Of a DNA stretch of 64,000 nucleotides, positions 50,105-64,000 are shown in pieces (within the stretch, counting starts at the first letter, position 1; each line of letters starts with the position of its first letter). The translations under genes were made by a program, and so were the position numbers. Under the pieces are notes generated by a model. The model searched no databases and had not been told where the DNA came from. It was given only the letters and a program-made list of their open reading frames with translations. The stretch spans positions 19,874 to 83,873 of the forward strand of contig OZ287723.1 of NCBI GenBank assembly GCA_965649825.1. Reading direction: 5' to 3'. This stretch comes from Penicillus capitatus. Lineage: Eukaryota > Plantae > Chlorophyta.

Positions 50105-51706
50105 ATGAATAATATTCAAAGTAATACTAGTATTAGTAAAAATAATATTAGTATTACTAAAAATATTAAAAGTATTAAAAGTATTAAAAGTATTAAAAGT
50201 ATTAAAAGTATTAAAAATAATACTAGTGTTATTAACAGTACAAAAAGTAGTACAAAAAGTAGTACAAAAAGTAGTACAAAAAGTAGTACAAAAAGTAGTA
50301 CAAAAAGTAATAATACTAGTACTATTAACAATATGAAAAAGAGTAATACTAGTATTAGTAATACTAGTATTATTAAAAATAATACTAGTATTGTTAACAG
50401 TAATATTAGTATTAAAAATTTTATTTGTATTGATTCAAGGGTTGAAAATACAGGTCAATTTTATGGATGTTTTAAAATAGGTCCTTTTTGTGAATCACAA
50501 AGCTTAACATTTGCAAATTCCCTTCGTCGAACCTTATTAACCTATCAATCAAAACCTATTTTCAATGTAGTGCAAATATATGGTATTGAACACGAATTTT
50601 CGAGTTTACTTGGAGTAAGAGAATCTGTTGTTGATATTATTTTAAACTTAGAAAAATTAGCCTTCCAAACAACAAAATCTCTAACAAAACCAAAAATTGC
50701 TTTTGTGAATTTTTGTGGTCCAGGTATTTTACAAGGGAAACATATTCACTTACCTTCAAATTTTAAATGTATTAATCCTTCACAATATATTGCAACTTTA
50801 GAAATTGATGGGCAATTAATGTTTAAACTTTTTTTTCCTCCAATATATGAATTTATTTCACTCAAAAATTGTTATGAAAAATTTTTTAAAAGAAAACAAT
50901 GGTCTAATTTAACTAAAATAAATTATTGTTCAAATATTTTTTCACAAAAACTTTTGAAACTTCAAAAACAAAAAGAAAAATGTCTTTTTAATAAATTTCA
51001 ATATAACCAATCCGACACATTTCCGAGAAAAAATAAAGAAAACTTTCTTTATTTTCAAAAGTCATTAAATATTATCGAAAAAGTTAATTATATTCTGCAG
51101 CCGGTGGGTGATTCGGGAATTAAACGAAGCATTTTTCAGCATAACAAAAAACCAGCTAAGAAGCCAGCTAAGAAGTCAACTAAGCCAGTTAAGCTAATTC
51201 AATTAGATCAGAATTTAACATTACTAAAAAAATTTAAGAGAAGAACTCTACAAAGTATTTTTCCTTCATTCTTACCACTACCCGCACCTTCATTAGAATT
51301 TCTTATTTTTGAAATATGGACAAATGGAAGTGTACATCCTCAAAATGCTATTTTAAAAGCTATTAATGAACTTTTATTAGGATTTTTTCCCTATAGTCTA
51401 AAAATTGAAAAAATTCAAAAACTTAAAAAAATAAAAAGAAAATCTATTACTCTTTTATCAAAAAGTTGTTCTCCCAAAAATTTTATTAACCTTGATATTA
51501 GCAATTTTTATTTTGATTTAGAAACTTTAATCTTTTTTAAAAATAATCAAATTCACAGAATTATTGATTTTTTAATTTTTTTACAACAAATAAATAATAA
51601 AGATAATTGGAATTCAAATTTTTATAATATTAATAAATTAAATAGAGATTCGAAAACTCAAACAATATTATTGAACTTTAAAAAATTTATTAATCAATTT
51701 TTATAA
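50105..51706 (+). CDS. rpoA: RNA polymerase alpha subunit with repeat-derived N-terminal extension
   Basis: Conserved part from about 50413: YGCFKIGPF...TFANSLRRTLL, HEFSSLLGVRESVVDIILN, FEIWTNGSVHP; follows rps11. Confidence 0.92.
   Translation: MNNIQSNTSISKNNISITKNIKSIKSIKSIKSIKSIKNNTSVINSTKSSTKSSTKSSTKSSTKSSTKSNNTSTINNMKKSNTSISNTSIIKNNTSIVNSNISIKNFICIDSRVENTGQFYGCFKIGPFCESQSLTFANSLRRTLLTYQSKPIFNVVQIYGIEHEFSSLLGVRESVVDIILNLEKLAFQTTKSLTKPKIAFVNFCGPGILQGKHIHLPSNFKCINPSQYIATLEIDGQLMFKLFFPPIYEFISLKNCYEKFFKRKQWSNLTKINYCSNIFSQKLLKLQKQKEKCLFNKFQYNQSDTFPRKNKENFLYFQKSLNIIEKVNYILQPVGDSGIKRSIFQHNKKPAKKPAKKSTKPVKLIQLDQNLTLLKKFKRRTLQSIFPSFLPLPAPSLEFLIFEIWTNGSVHPQNAILKAINELLLGFFPYSLKIEKIQKLKKIKRKSITLLSKSCSPKNFINLDISNFYFDLETLIFFKNNQIHRIIDFLIFLQQINNKDNWNSNFYNINKLNRDSKTQTILLNFKKFINQFL
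50123..50392 (+). repeat. composite in-frame repeats at the rpoA 5' end: (ATTAAAAGT)5, (AGTACAAAAAGT)6, palindrome AATACTAGTATT x4
   Basis: 9-mers at 50165-50209; 12-mers at 50237-50308; palindromes at 50123, 50345, 50360 and 50381. Confidence 0.95.
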
Positions 51707-51895
51707 ATCTATTCCTCTGCTTTTACACTAAAATTTGAACTTTTATTTTAAAAAATTTTATAAAAGAGAAGTGCTATAAACTTACTTACAGTTAGGGTTT
51801 TGAAAAACAACATACCAGAATTATTTTTTCTGTTTTTTTATTAGAGATTACAGCAATGAAATTTATTTGATAGAGTGAAAAATTACTCAAGTAAA

Positions 51896-51969
51896 GGGCT
51901 ATTAGCTCAGGTGGTTAGAGCGCTGTCCTGATAAGACAGAAGTCGTTGGTTCAAGTCCAATATAGCCCA
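51896..51969 (+). tRNA. trnI: tRNA-Ile(GAU)
   Basis: GGGCTATTAGCTCAG start, CTGATAA loop. Confidence 0.94.
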
Positions 51970-51970
51970 G

Positions 51971-52042
51971 GGGGATATAGCTCAGTGGTAGAGCGCTGCT
52001 TTTGCACAGCAGATGTCAGGAGTTCGACTCTCCTTATCTCCA
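51971..52042 (+). tRNA. trnA: tRNA-Ala(UGC)
   Basis: GGGGATATAGCTCAG start, TTTGCAC loop, G3:U70. Confidence 0.94.
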
Positions 52043-52062
52043 AAAATCTTATAAAATATTCT

Positions 52063-52131
52063 ATGGCTGTGCCAAGAAGGCTACTACCAAAAGTAAATTA
52101 TGCCTATAGGTATTCCAAAAATACCTTTTAA
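52063..52131 (+). pseudogene. rpl32: rpl32 remnant (frameshifted/truncated), overlapping the clpP start
   Basis: ATG GCT GTG CCA then AG AAG GCT ACT ACC AAA AGT AAA. Restoring one A gives [12 protein letters not shown] (canonical MAVPKKRTSKSK). Confidence 0.6.
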
Positions 52132-52714
52132 ATTACCTGGCGAACCATCAGCTGACTGGGTAGATCTTTATAATCGTTTATATAGAGACCGTATACTTTT
52201 TCTATGTCAACTACTGGATGACGAATTAACAAACCAACTTATAAGTATTATGTTATATTTAAACGCCGAAAACCGTTTTAAAGAAATTTATATTTATATT
52301 AATTCACCTGGTGGTTCTGTCTTTTGTGGAATCGGTATATATGATGTTATGAATTATATTCAACCAGATGTTACGACTGTTTGTATTGGAACTGCTGCAT
52401 CTATGGCCTCTTTTATTTTAGCTGGAGGTGCACGAGATAAACGATTAGTTTTTCCACATTCTCGACTGATGATTCACCAACCAGAAGGGGGGAGTCGTGG
52501 CCAAGCTGCACAAGTTCTTTGGGAATCTGAAGAAGTTAGGCGTATTCGACATCAAATCGGCAAAATTTATGCCGAACGCACTGGTCAAAGTCTAAGTCGT
52601 ATTTCTAACGATATGGATCGAGATCAATTCATGTCCGCACGTGCAGCAAAAGATTATGGTTTAGTAGATCATCTTGCAGTTTTAACAAAAACGGAAGGTC
52701 ATTTTTATAAATAA
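52100..52714 (+). CDS. clpP: ATP-dependent Clp protease proteolytic subunit
   Basis: MPIGIPKIP; YINSPGGSV; AASMAS (Ser), MIHQP (His), DRD (Asp) triad intact. Confidence 0.98.
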   Translation: MPIGIPKIPFKLPGEPSADWVDLYNRLYRDRILFLCQLLDDELTNQLISIMLYLNAENRFKEIYIYINSPGGSVFCGIGIYDVMNYIQPDVTTVCIGTAASMASFILAGGARDKRLVFPHSRLMIHQPEGGSRGQAAQVLWESEEVRRIRHQIGKIYAERTGQSLSRISNDMDRDQFMSARAAKDYGLVDHLAVLTKTEGHFYK

Positions 52715-52762
52715 TTTGAATAAAATTCCCTATTTTTATTTTATAATTTTAAATATTCTACT

Positions 52763-53002
52763 ATGTCTGGGAGTACAAAAGAACGTCCGTTTTCTGATAT
52801 ATTAACAAGTATTCGGTATTGGGTTATTCATAGTATTACTATTCCATCACTTTTTATTGCAGGTTGGTTATTTGTGAGTACAGGTCTTGCTTATGATATT
52901 TTTGGCAGTCCACGCCCAAATGAATATTTTCCTGAAGAAAGACAATTTGTACCACTTATTACAGATCGATTTAATGCCTTTAAACAAATAAATAATTTAT
53001 GA
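52763..53002 (+). CDS. psbE: cytochrome b559 alpha
   Basis: [28 protein letters not shown]. Confidence 0.98.
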   Translation: MSGSTKERPFSDILTSIRYWVIHSITIPSLFIAGWLFVSTGLAYDIFGSPRPNEYFPEERQFVPLITDRFNAFKQINNL

Positions 53003-53124
53003 CTTCAACAGAATCTACAGATTATCCTATTTTTACAGTTAGATGGTTAGCTGTACATGGGCTTGCAGTACCTACAATTTTCTTTCTCGGTGCAATAACA
53101 GCAATGCAATTTATTGTTCGTTAA
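52999..53124 (+). CDS. psbF: cytochrome b559 beta
   Basis: [41 protein letters not shown]. Confidence 0.98.
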   Translation: MTSTESTDYPIFTVRWLAVHGLAVPTIFFLGAITAMQFIVR

Positions 53125-53130
53125 ACTTTT

Positions 53131-53253
53131 ATGGTAAAGACAAACCCGAATCCCAATAAGCAAATTGTAGAATTAAATCGAACAAGTTTATATTGGGGAC
53201 TTTTATTAATTTTTGTTTTAGCAGTTTTATTTTCGAGCTATATTTTTAATTAA
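53131..53253 (+). CDS. psbL: photosystem II protein L
   Basis: [40 protein letters not shown]. Confidence 0.98.
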   Translation: MVKTNPNPNKQIVELNRTSLYWGLLLIFVLAVLFSSYIFN

Positions 53254-53257
53254 TCAT

Positions 53258-53389
53258 ATGTTTAATAATACTAAAAAAACAGGCCGTCTTCCATTATGGT
53301 TAGTAGGTACTGTTATAGGTACCGCAGCATTAACTTTAGTTGGAATTTTTTTTTATGGTTCCTATGTCGGCTTAGGTTCATCACTTTAA
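53258..53389 (+). CDS. psbJ: photosystem II protein J
   Basis: [19 protein letters not shown]...[13 protein letters not shown]. Confidence 0.97.
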   Translation: MFNNTKKTGRLPLWLVGTVIGTAALTLVGIFFYGSYVGLGSSL

Positions 53390-53450
53390 ACTAAAAACTA
53401 AAAACCAAAAACTAAAAACTAAAAACCAATCCAAACCCAAATCCAAACCA
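53389..53450. repeat. short imperfect 6-nt repeat (AAAACT/AAAACC)n between psbJ and chlN
   Basis: aactaaaaactaaaaaccaaaaactaaaaactaaaaacc... Confidence 0.7.
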
Positions 53451-53485
53451 AATAAGAAAATAAGTATTTGATTTGGATTTTCTTG

Positions 53486-55659
<2,174 letters not shown>

Positions 55660-55884
55660 ATGTATATATAAATTGTTATTAATTATTTTAATTATTATAT
55701 TAATATAAAAATAATTAATCGATATAGTATCTAAATAATTCAAGTATTATAATATTTATTTGTTCCGAAAGTACTTTTAAATATCAATATCTATGGATAA
55801 AAAAACTAGAGTAAACAATTCAGTCATTGAATCATTGAATCTGTAAGGTGAGGATTTTTCCATTAAAATAATTTATAAAATTAA

Positions 55885-55956
55885 TCTTCAGTAGCTCAAT
55901 GGTAGAGCTGTCGGCTGTTAACCGAAAGGTTGCAGGTTCAAATCCTGCCTGAAGAG
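55885..55956 (+). tRNA. trnN: tRNA-Asn(GUU)
   Basis: TCTTCAGTAGCTCAATGG start, CTGTTAA loop. Confidence 0.93.
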
Positions 55957-55958
55957 AA

Positions 55959-56222
55959 GTGTCAATAGAACAAAAAAATTCTCTTTTTATATCGATTATT
56001 TGTTTTTATTTTGGTTTTTTAATTGGAAATTTATTTGGAACTTTTTTAAATTTTTTTAGAAATCGATTATGGGATGGAATTGTTTTATTTATTATTCTAA
56101 TATTGTTCGAGATTTTAAACTTTTTAATTTATAACGAAAAATTTTTTAACAAAAATTTGAGAAATTTACAATTCGGAGTATTATTGGGTTTTTTTGTAGA
56201 TGCTTATAAAATTGGAAGTTGA
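55959..56222 (+). CDS. ycf20: Ycf20 (DUF565-type membrane protein), short; start uncertain (GTG)
   Basis: FYFGFLIGNLFGT...WDG; C-terminal GVLLGFFVDAYKIGS signature. Confidence 0.85.
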   Translation: MSIEQKNSLFISIICFYFGFLIGNLFGTFLNFFRNRLWDGIVLFIILILFEILNFLIYNEKFFNKNLRNLQFGVLLGFFVDAYKIGS

Positions 56223-56264
56223 TACGATTCGTTAAATAGCATTCAAGATAAAGAATCGTATCAA
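56219..56264. terminator. 12-bp stem-loop between convergent ycf20 and psaC
   Basis: TTGATACGATTC - 22 nt - GAATCGTATCAA. Confidence 0.65.
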
Positions 56265-56285
56265 AATATTAATATAAATATATTA

Positions 56286-56561
<276 letters not shown>

Positions 56562-56615
56562 TTAATAGTTAGTTCGAATATGGTCGTTTTATTCTATTTC
56601 TATTAATCTTTTCTA

Positions 56616-59187
<2,572 letters not shown>

Positions 59188-59230
59188 TTATTCCAGAGTA
59201 ATAAAATTTTAATGATATTGGACTTTCAAT

Positions 59231-59701
59231 TTACTTGAATATATATTCAAAAAACGATGAAATTTCATTAAAAGAGATTTTCTTTTTCATAAAATAAAAA
59301 AAATAATGAAAAATACGATATTGAAAAACTTTTGGAAAATAATTGAAATTTTCGTTTTTACAATAAAATAACTTTTGAATGATTTTTTGAAAGTATTTAT
59401 TTTCAAAATTTAAAATTGTTTGAATTTGACTTATTTTTTTGAATATTTGAGAATTGAAAAAAAACTTTAAATACGGTAAAAATTGTAATCTCAAACGATT
59501 TCGACGCAAAGAAATTTTAAAATTTGTAAAATCAGGAAAAATTGGCAAATTCCAAAAATCACAAAATTTAAGTAATTCAAATCTTGAAATATTTATCAAT
59601 GGACGTAATACTTTATATTTATATGTTAAATTTTTTATATAAAGTTTACAAACTCGGTGACGAGATTTTTTTATATTAATAAAATTTTTGTGAACATTCA
59701 T
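59231..59701 (-). CDS. tilS: tRNA(Ile)-lysidine synthase, C-terminal part
   Basis: RPLINISRFEL...WNLPIFPDFTN....RRNRLR, TilS catalytic-domain second half; +1 frame relative to the N-part. Confidence 0.8.
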   Translation of the reverse strand: MNVHKNFINIKKSRHRVCKLYIKNLTYKYKVLRPLINISRFELLKFCDFWNLPIFPDFTNFKISLRRNRLRLQFLPYLKFFFNSQIFKKISQIQTILNFENKYFQKIIQKLFYCKNENFNYFPKVFQYRIFHYFFYFMKKKISFNEISSFFEYIFK

Positions 59702-60152
59702 AATTTAAAAAATTTTGAAAATCTCGTAAAAATTGTAAACCAAATTTACTCGATCCTCTGAATAAATTTAAAAAAAATGTTTCAAAATTATCATTTTTTG
59801 TATGGGCCGTTAATATATAATTCGATCTTGAATAATTAGCAATTCGAAAAAATAAAAAATATCTATGTTTTCGTGCATTTTTTTCCGAAAAAAATTGCGA
59901 GAAAAAAATCGTATAAAAAAATGTTAAATTTAGAAAAAAACTTAATTGAAAAGAATGACGAAATAAATAGAAATCTTGTTTTTTCCACAAATGATTACAA
60001 TAGAGAATGGAAAAATGAGCAGTAGTTTTGCTAGAGTTGTTTATTAAAAACATCCAAAAAACAAGTAAAGTAATTGAATCTTGGCCTCCTGAAAAACATA
60101 TCAAATAATGAATAAGTTGTCTTGGAGAGACTATTTTTGAAAAATTAAACAT
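59676..60152 (-). CDS. tilS: tRNA(Ile)-lysidine synthase, N-terminal part
   Basis: PP-loop ICFSGGQDSITLL; CNHLW; ARKHRY; TAHTKNDNFETFFLNLFRGS. Confidence 0.85.
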   Translation of the reverse strand: MFNFSKIVSPRQLIHYLICFSGGQDSITLLVFWMFLINNSSKTTAHFSILYCNHLWKKQDFYLFRHSFQLSFFLNLTFFYTIFFSQFFSEKNARKHRYFLFFRIANYSRSNYILTAHTKNDNFETFFLNLFRGSSKFGLQFLRDFQNFLNYECSQKFY

Positions 60153-60374
60153 ATGACTAATTAATAAAAAAATTTGACTTTTTAAAAAATTTTTCTACAT
60201 TAATTTTATCAGGTAAAAAATTTTTGTACTTTAGTTGGTAAAACTAAACAAAATGTCAGGATTTAAAAAAAAAGCAGCATTTTAACAAAAGATAAATTGA
60301 CCTGAAATAAAGATATCCTCAATCAAATTAGTTTTTGGGGATATCTTTTTCACCAATATTTTTATACTAAATAT

Positions 60375-62327
60375 ATGTATTTTGTTTTCTATAAATTTTT
60401 ATTTTTTATTTCGGATTTTTTAGAAATTCAAAGGAAAAGTTTTTATTTATTTTTAAATAATAAATTAAGTGAAGAACTTTCAAAAAATATATTAACAGAT
60501 TCAACAATTCAGTTCTTTTCAAAAAATTTAAAATTTTTAAAACCTATTCAAACAATAGAAGAATGCATTATAACAGGAAAAACATATTGTTGTCATTTTT
60601 ATCTTCCAATAAGTTTTAAAATTAACAAACAAAGAAAAAAAAAATGGATTTTTTTGGGTACACTTCCACTTTTAACACGTCGAGGCCATTTTTTAGTCAA
60701 TGGAACACCACGAATTGTATTAAATCAAATTGTTCGAAGTGCCGGTATTTATTTTCAACGTACTAAGGGAAAAAATATTCGATCTTTTTATGCGGAAATT
60801 ATCGCAAATCGAGGTCCTTGGATACGTATGGAAATAGACGATAAAAAAAATTTATGGATTTCTTTTCCACAAAGTTCGAAAATTAATTTTTCTACTTTTT
60901 TTTATGATTTTTACCAAAAATATTTAGATCATTATTTTTTCTATAACGAAACTATAAATATAAATTTAAATTTATTTTCAACAAAATTAAATAAAAATCA
61001 ACATAAAAATAAAAAATCGCTTTTTTATTTAATTTTTAATAAGTTATTAAAAAAATTTCAAAAAAGTCCATTATTCTTAATTCCTCTTAAAAAAAAAACA
61101 GTAAAAAATATTACTTTTATAAATATTTCCCAAACTGAAATACAAAATCAAGATATTATTAATATAAAATCTATTTTATCATCAAATTTAAATTTTGATT
61201 TAGGCGAAAATGGACGTTTTCATTTAAATAAAAAATTAGGTTTATCATTAGAAACAAGAACATTAACACCTATTGATTTTTTAGCAATTATTGAAATATT
61301 AAACGCATTAACACAAAATTCAAATTTACAAGTTCTGGATGATATTGATAATTTAAAAAATAGAAAATTAAAACCAATTGGAGAATTACTCCAAAACCAA
61401 TTTACAAGGGCTTTCCAACGTTTAGAAAAAATATTCTTTCAAACAAATATCCATAGTGAGCGCGAATTAAGAAAAAAATCAACATTCCTCAGTAAATCAA
61501 TTAATAGTGCTTTAAAAGAATTTTTTCATAGCCATCAACTTTCTCAATATCTAGACCAAAGTAATCCGTTGTCTGAAATTACCCATAAACGAAGACTGAG
61601 TTGTCTAGGTTCCGGAGGAATAGATCGTGATAATGCAGAAATGAATATCCGTGGAATTCATGCCACATATTATGGTCGCATTTGTCCAATCGAAACACCC
61701 GAAGGAAAAAATGCAGGTCTCGTAAATTCATTAACGACTGGAGTGAAAATAAATTTTCAGGGATTTTTAGAAACCCCTTTTCGACAAATTTTTAAACAAC
61801 ATTTCCAAAATCAAAGAAAACTTACTTTTTTTTCTGTAGAAAATCAACAATTCCAAAATATTTTTTTTAGTTCTAAATTCCCAAAATTTCAATCTATATC
61901 AATAAGTGCATTAAATTTATATACAAAAAAATTTCAAAAACATTTTTTAAATTCAATTAATTTAATTGTATCGGACCCTCAACATATTCTTTCAATTGCA
62001 ACAACATGTATTCCTTTTATTGAACATAATGATGCAAATCGTGCATTAATGGGTTCAAATATGCAAAGACAAGCATTACCTTTAATTTGTCTTGAACAAC
62101 CTTTTGTAACCACCTTAAATGCTTTCAGAGTTTTATCAGATTTAAAAGATATTCCAACACTAATTCAAAGTGGAATTATTCTTTATGTAAGCCAAACAAA
62201 AATTTCTTTTTTCAACGGATTTAAGGAAAAAAACATTCTTTTTTCTTATGGCCCACTACGCTCTAGAAGAGATACGATTATTTATCAAAAAAAAAGTTTT
62301 GGACAATTAATATTAAATTTTGATTAA
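60375..62327 (+). CDS. rpoB: RNA polymerase beta subunit, N-terminal part (rpoBa)
   Basis: DFLEIQRKSF; GHFLVNGTPRIVLNQIVRSAG; GRICPIETPEGKNAGL; DANRALMGSNMQRQA. Confidence 0.95.
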   Translation: MYFVFYKFLFFISDFLEIQRKSFYLFLNNKLSEELSKNILTDSTIQFFSKNLKFLKPIQTIEECIITGKTYCCHFYLPISFKINKQRKKKWIFLGTLPLLTRRGHFLVNGTPRIVLNQIVRSAGIYFQRTKGKNIRSFYAEIIANRGPWIRMEIDDKKNLWISFPQSSKINFSTFFYDFYQKYLDHYFFYNETININLNLFSTKLNKNQHKNKKSLFYLIFNKLLKKFQKSPLFLIPLKKKTVKNITFINISQTEIQNQDIINIKSILSSNLNFDLGENGRFHLNKKLGLSLETRTLTPIDFLAIIEILNALTQNSNLQVLDDIDNLKNRKLKPIGELLQNQFTRAFQRLEKIFFQTNIHSERELRKKSTFLSKSINSALKEFFHSHQLSQYLDQSNPLSEITHKRRLSCLGSGGIDRDNAEMNIRGIHATYYGRICPIETPEGKNAGLVNSLTTGVKINFQGFLETPFRQIFKQHFQNQRKLTFFSVENQQFQNIFFSSKFPKFQSISISALNLYTKKFQKHFLNSINLIVSDPQHILSIATTCIPFIEHNDANRALMGSNMQRQALPLICLEQPFVTTLNAFRVLSDLKDIPTLIQSGIILYVSQTKISFFNGFKEKNILFSYGPLRSRRDTIIYQKKSFGQLILNFD

Positions 62328-62333
62328 TCTTGT

Positions 62334-63914
62334 ATGTTATTAAAAATTGTATCATTATGGAAAACATCTTTAAAAAACTTAGTATTATCCGAACATCAAC
62401 AAAATAACACATCAACGCAAAACAGATTTTTATTTTTTAAAGAATTTATTATTTTTTCTAATTTCGTTTCAAATAATAATGTGTTATTTTATTTGTGGTT
62501 CACAAATAAAAATAACAAACAAGAAAAAAAATATTCTTGTTCGAAACAAAATTATAAGCTTCCCGATTTTGAAAAATCTAATCAAAATACATATTTATTT
62601 CAACGACCTTTTCTCAAACCCTTTCAATGGGTTCAAAAAGGTGATTTAATAAGTGATTGTTCAGCAAGCTATAAAGGTGAATTATCTCTTGGAAAAAATC
62701 TTTTAGTAGGATATATGCCTTGGGAAGGTTTGAATTTTGAAGATGCTGTTTTAATAAATGAAAAAGTTGTTTCAAAATATATATCTTTACATATTGAAAA
62801 ATATGATTTAGAAATTCAGAAAACTGGTTTTGAAAAAGTAACACGAAATATTCCTAATTTGAAGAATCGTCACAAATTGGATAAACATGGAATTATTAGA
62901 ATTGGATCGTTAGTAAAAGAAGGTGACATTTTAGTTGGTAGAATAATTCCTGTTGTTCCAAAATTATTGTTAACTCATGCAAAATTGTTGCAGAATGTTG
63001 TTAATCAACAAAAAAAACTTAAAAAACTTAAAAAACTTAAAAAACTTGAATTTCAAGAAAACTCTTTACGAGTTCCTAAAGATGTATCAGGTCGAATTAT
63101 TCGAATTATTTATACAATTAATATTCAATCTTTCAATCAATATAATTTAAAAAATATTACATTATATATTGCAAAAAAACGAAAATTTAAAATTGGAGAT
63201 AAAATTTCTGGAAGACATGGGAATAAAGGTATTATCTCACAAATTTTATCAAATTTTGATATGCCGTATATGGTTAATGGAAATACATTAGATGTTGTTT
63301 TAAATCCATTAGGTGTACCTTCGCGAATGAATGTTGGACAGATTCTTGAATGTCTTTTGGGATTTGCTGGTCAAATTTTTAATACGCAATTTAAAGTACT
63401 TTGTTTTGATGAAATGTATGGATATGAAGCATCTCGAAGTTTTGTTTATTCAAAATTATTTGAATCATGTCAAAAAACAAATCAAAAATGGCTTTTTAAT
63501 AAAACAACACCAGGAAAACTTCATTTATTTGATGGCCGAACTGGTCAACCGTTTTCTCAATCTATTCTAATTGGCAATACGTATCTTATGAAACTTATTC
63601 ATATTGTTGATGAAAAAATTCATGCACGTGCTACAGGACCTTATTCACTCGTTACTCAACAACCTCTCCGTGGTCGTGCGAAACATGGTGGACAACGATT
63701 CGGAGAAATGGAAGTTTGGGCTTTAGAAGGATTTGGTTGTGCATATACACTGCAAGAATTATTGACATTAAAATCTGATGATATTTATGGGAGAAATCAA
63801 ATTCTACAGACTATCTTACAAAGTCGACCAACACAGTTTCATACACCCGAATCTTTTCGCGTTATTTTACGAGAATTACAATGTTTATGTTTAAATTTAG
63901 AATTTTCATTATAA
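62334..63914 (+). CDS. rpoB: RNA polymerase beta subunit, C-terminal part (rpoBb)
   Basis: GELSLGKNLLVGYMPWEG.NFEDA; GDKISGRHGNKG; QPLRGRAKHGGQRFGEMEVWALE; same frame as the N-part. Confidence 0.95.
   Translation: MLLKIVSLWKTSLKNLVLSEHQQNNTSTQNRFLFFKEFIIFSNFVSNNNVLFYLWFTNKNNKQEKKYSCSKQNYKLPDFEKSNQNTYLFQRPFLKPFQWVQKGDLISDCSASYKGELSLGKNLLVGYMPWEGLNFEDAVLINEKVVSKYISLHIEKYDLEIQKTGFEKVTRNIPNLKNRHKLDKHGIIRIGSLVKEGDILVGRIIPVVPKLLLTHAKLLQNVVNQQKKLKKLKKLKKLEFQENSLRVPKDVSGRIIRIIYTINIQSFNQYNLKNITLYIAKKRKFKIGDKISGRHGNKGIISQILSNFDMPYMVNGNTLDVVLNPLGVPSRMNVGQILECLLGFAGQIFNTQFKVLCFDEMYGYEASRSFVYSKLFESCQKTNQKWLFNKTTPGKLHLFDGRTGQPFSQSILIGNTYLMKLIHIVDEKIHARATGPYSLVTQQPLRGRAKHGGQRFGEMEVWALEGFGCAYTLQELLTLKSDDIYGRNQILQTILQSRPTQFHTPESFRVILRELQCLCLNLEFSL
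63012..63047 (+). repeat. (AAAAAACTT)4 in-frame repeat encoding KKL x4 in rpoBb
   Basis: Four 9-nt copies in the beta-flap region. Confidence 0.9.
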
Positions 63915-64000
63915 GCTTCAACTTATATTTATTTTTTCGTTTTTTTTTTTCAATTTTTGTTATTGTTGTTTTAAAACCACAAACACCAGAATGGAATCCA
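63887..64000 (+). CDS. ycf47: probable Ycf47, 5' fragment (runs off window end; start uncertain)
   Basis: Open frame MFKFRIFIISFNLYLFFRFFFSIFVIVVLKPQTPEWNP: a hydrophobic helix followed by PQTP..N, which I recall from green-algal Ycf47. Not verifiable here. Confidence 0.45.
   Translation, partial: MFKFRIFIISFNLYLFFRFFFSIFVIVVLKPQTPEWNP

Noticed and set aside
55660-55743. Upstream extensions in the ORF track for chlL (also psbC 58214, rps12 42205, rps11 49636, rpoA 49985, psbZ 25894, psbN 10822 and tufA exon 2 37305)
   Set aside because: Conserved starts or splice sites lie downstream; the extensions overlap neighbouring genes or intron sequence.
63975-64000. 5S-like motif ATTCTGGTGTTTGTGG on the minus strand at the window end
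   Set aside because: The adjacent sequence has no 5S features; it is better explained as coding sequence (KPQTPEWNP), and a 5S candidate already exists next to rrl.

Overview
A 64-kb, very AT-rich, gene-dense segment of a green-algal (Chlorophyta) plastid genome using genetic code 11. It runs from the 5' end of rps2 to the 5' end of a probable ycf47. No inverted repeat is visible and the rRNA operon is broken up. Split rpoB, split tilS, ycf20, trnL(GAG), chlB/L/N and a free-standing group II maturase-like ORF point by inference to siphonous Ulvophyceae (Bryopsidales, probably Halimedineae). The window holds about 65 recognisable protein genes or gene pieces (photosystems, b6f, atpB/E, rbcL, ribosomal cluster, rpoA/B/C1/C2, ftsH, clpP, accD, cemA), 26 tRNAs, a 23S rRNA with four group I introns, and a very divergent 5S rRNA. 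The main oddities are: (1) two tRNA-Gly isoacceptors with near-identical, atypical bodies; (2) two rrl introns flanking a 12-14 nt exon in the peptidyl-transferase centre, one with a non-canonical splice junction and a LAGLIDADG ORF with Asn at both catalytic Asp positions; (3) a group II intron in tufA with an RT-dead maturase, plus a second, intron-less maturase of a different lineage; (4) in-frame microsatellite expansions in core proteins, including a ~110-aa acidic insert replacing the rpoC1 rudder, an rpoA N-terminal extension and a 45-aa poly-Asn insert in CP43; (5) a higher-order AT tandem array with a 17-bp hairpin (candidate origin); and (6) a frameshifted rpl32 stub overlapping the clpP start. 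All identifications come from motif recognition by eye plus the ORF track; no database searches were run.
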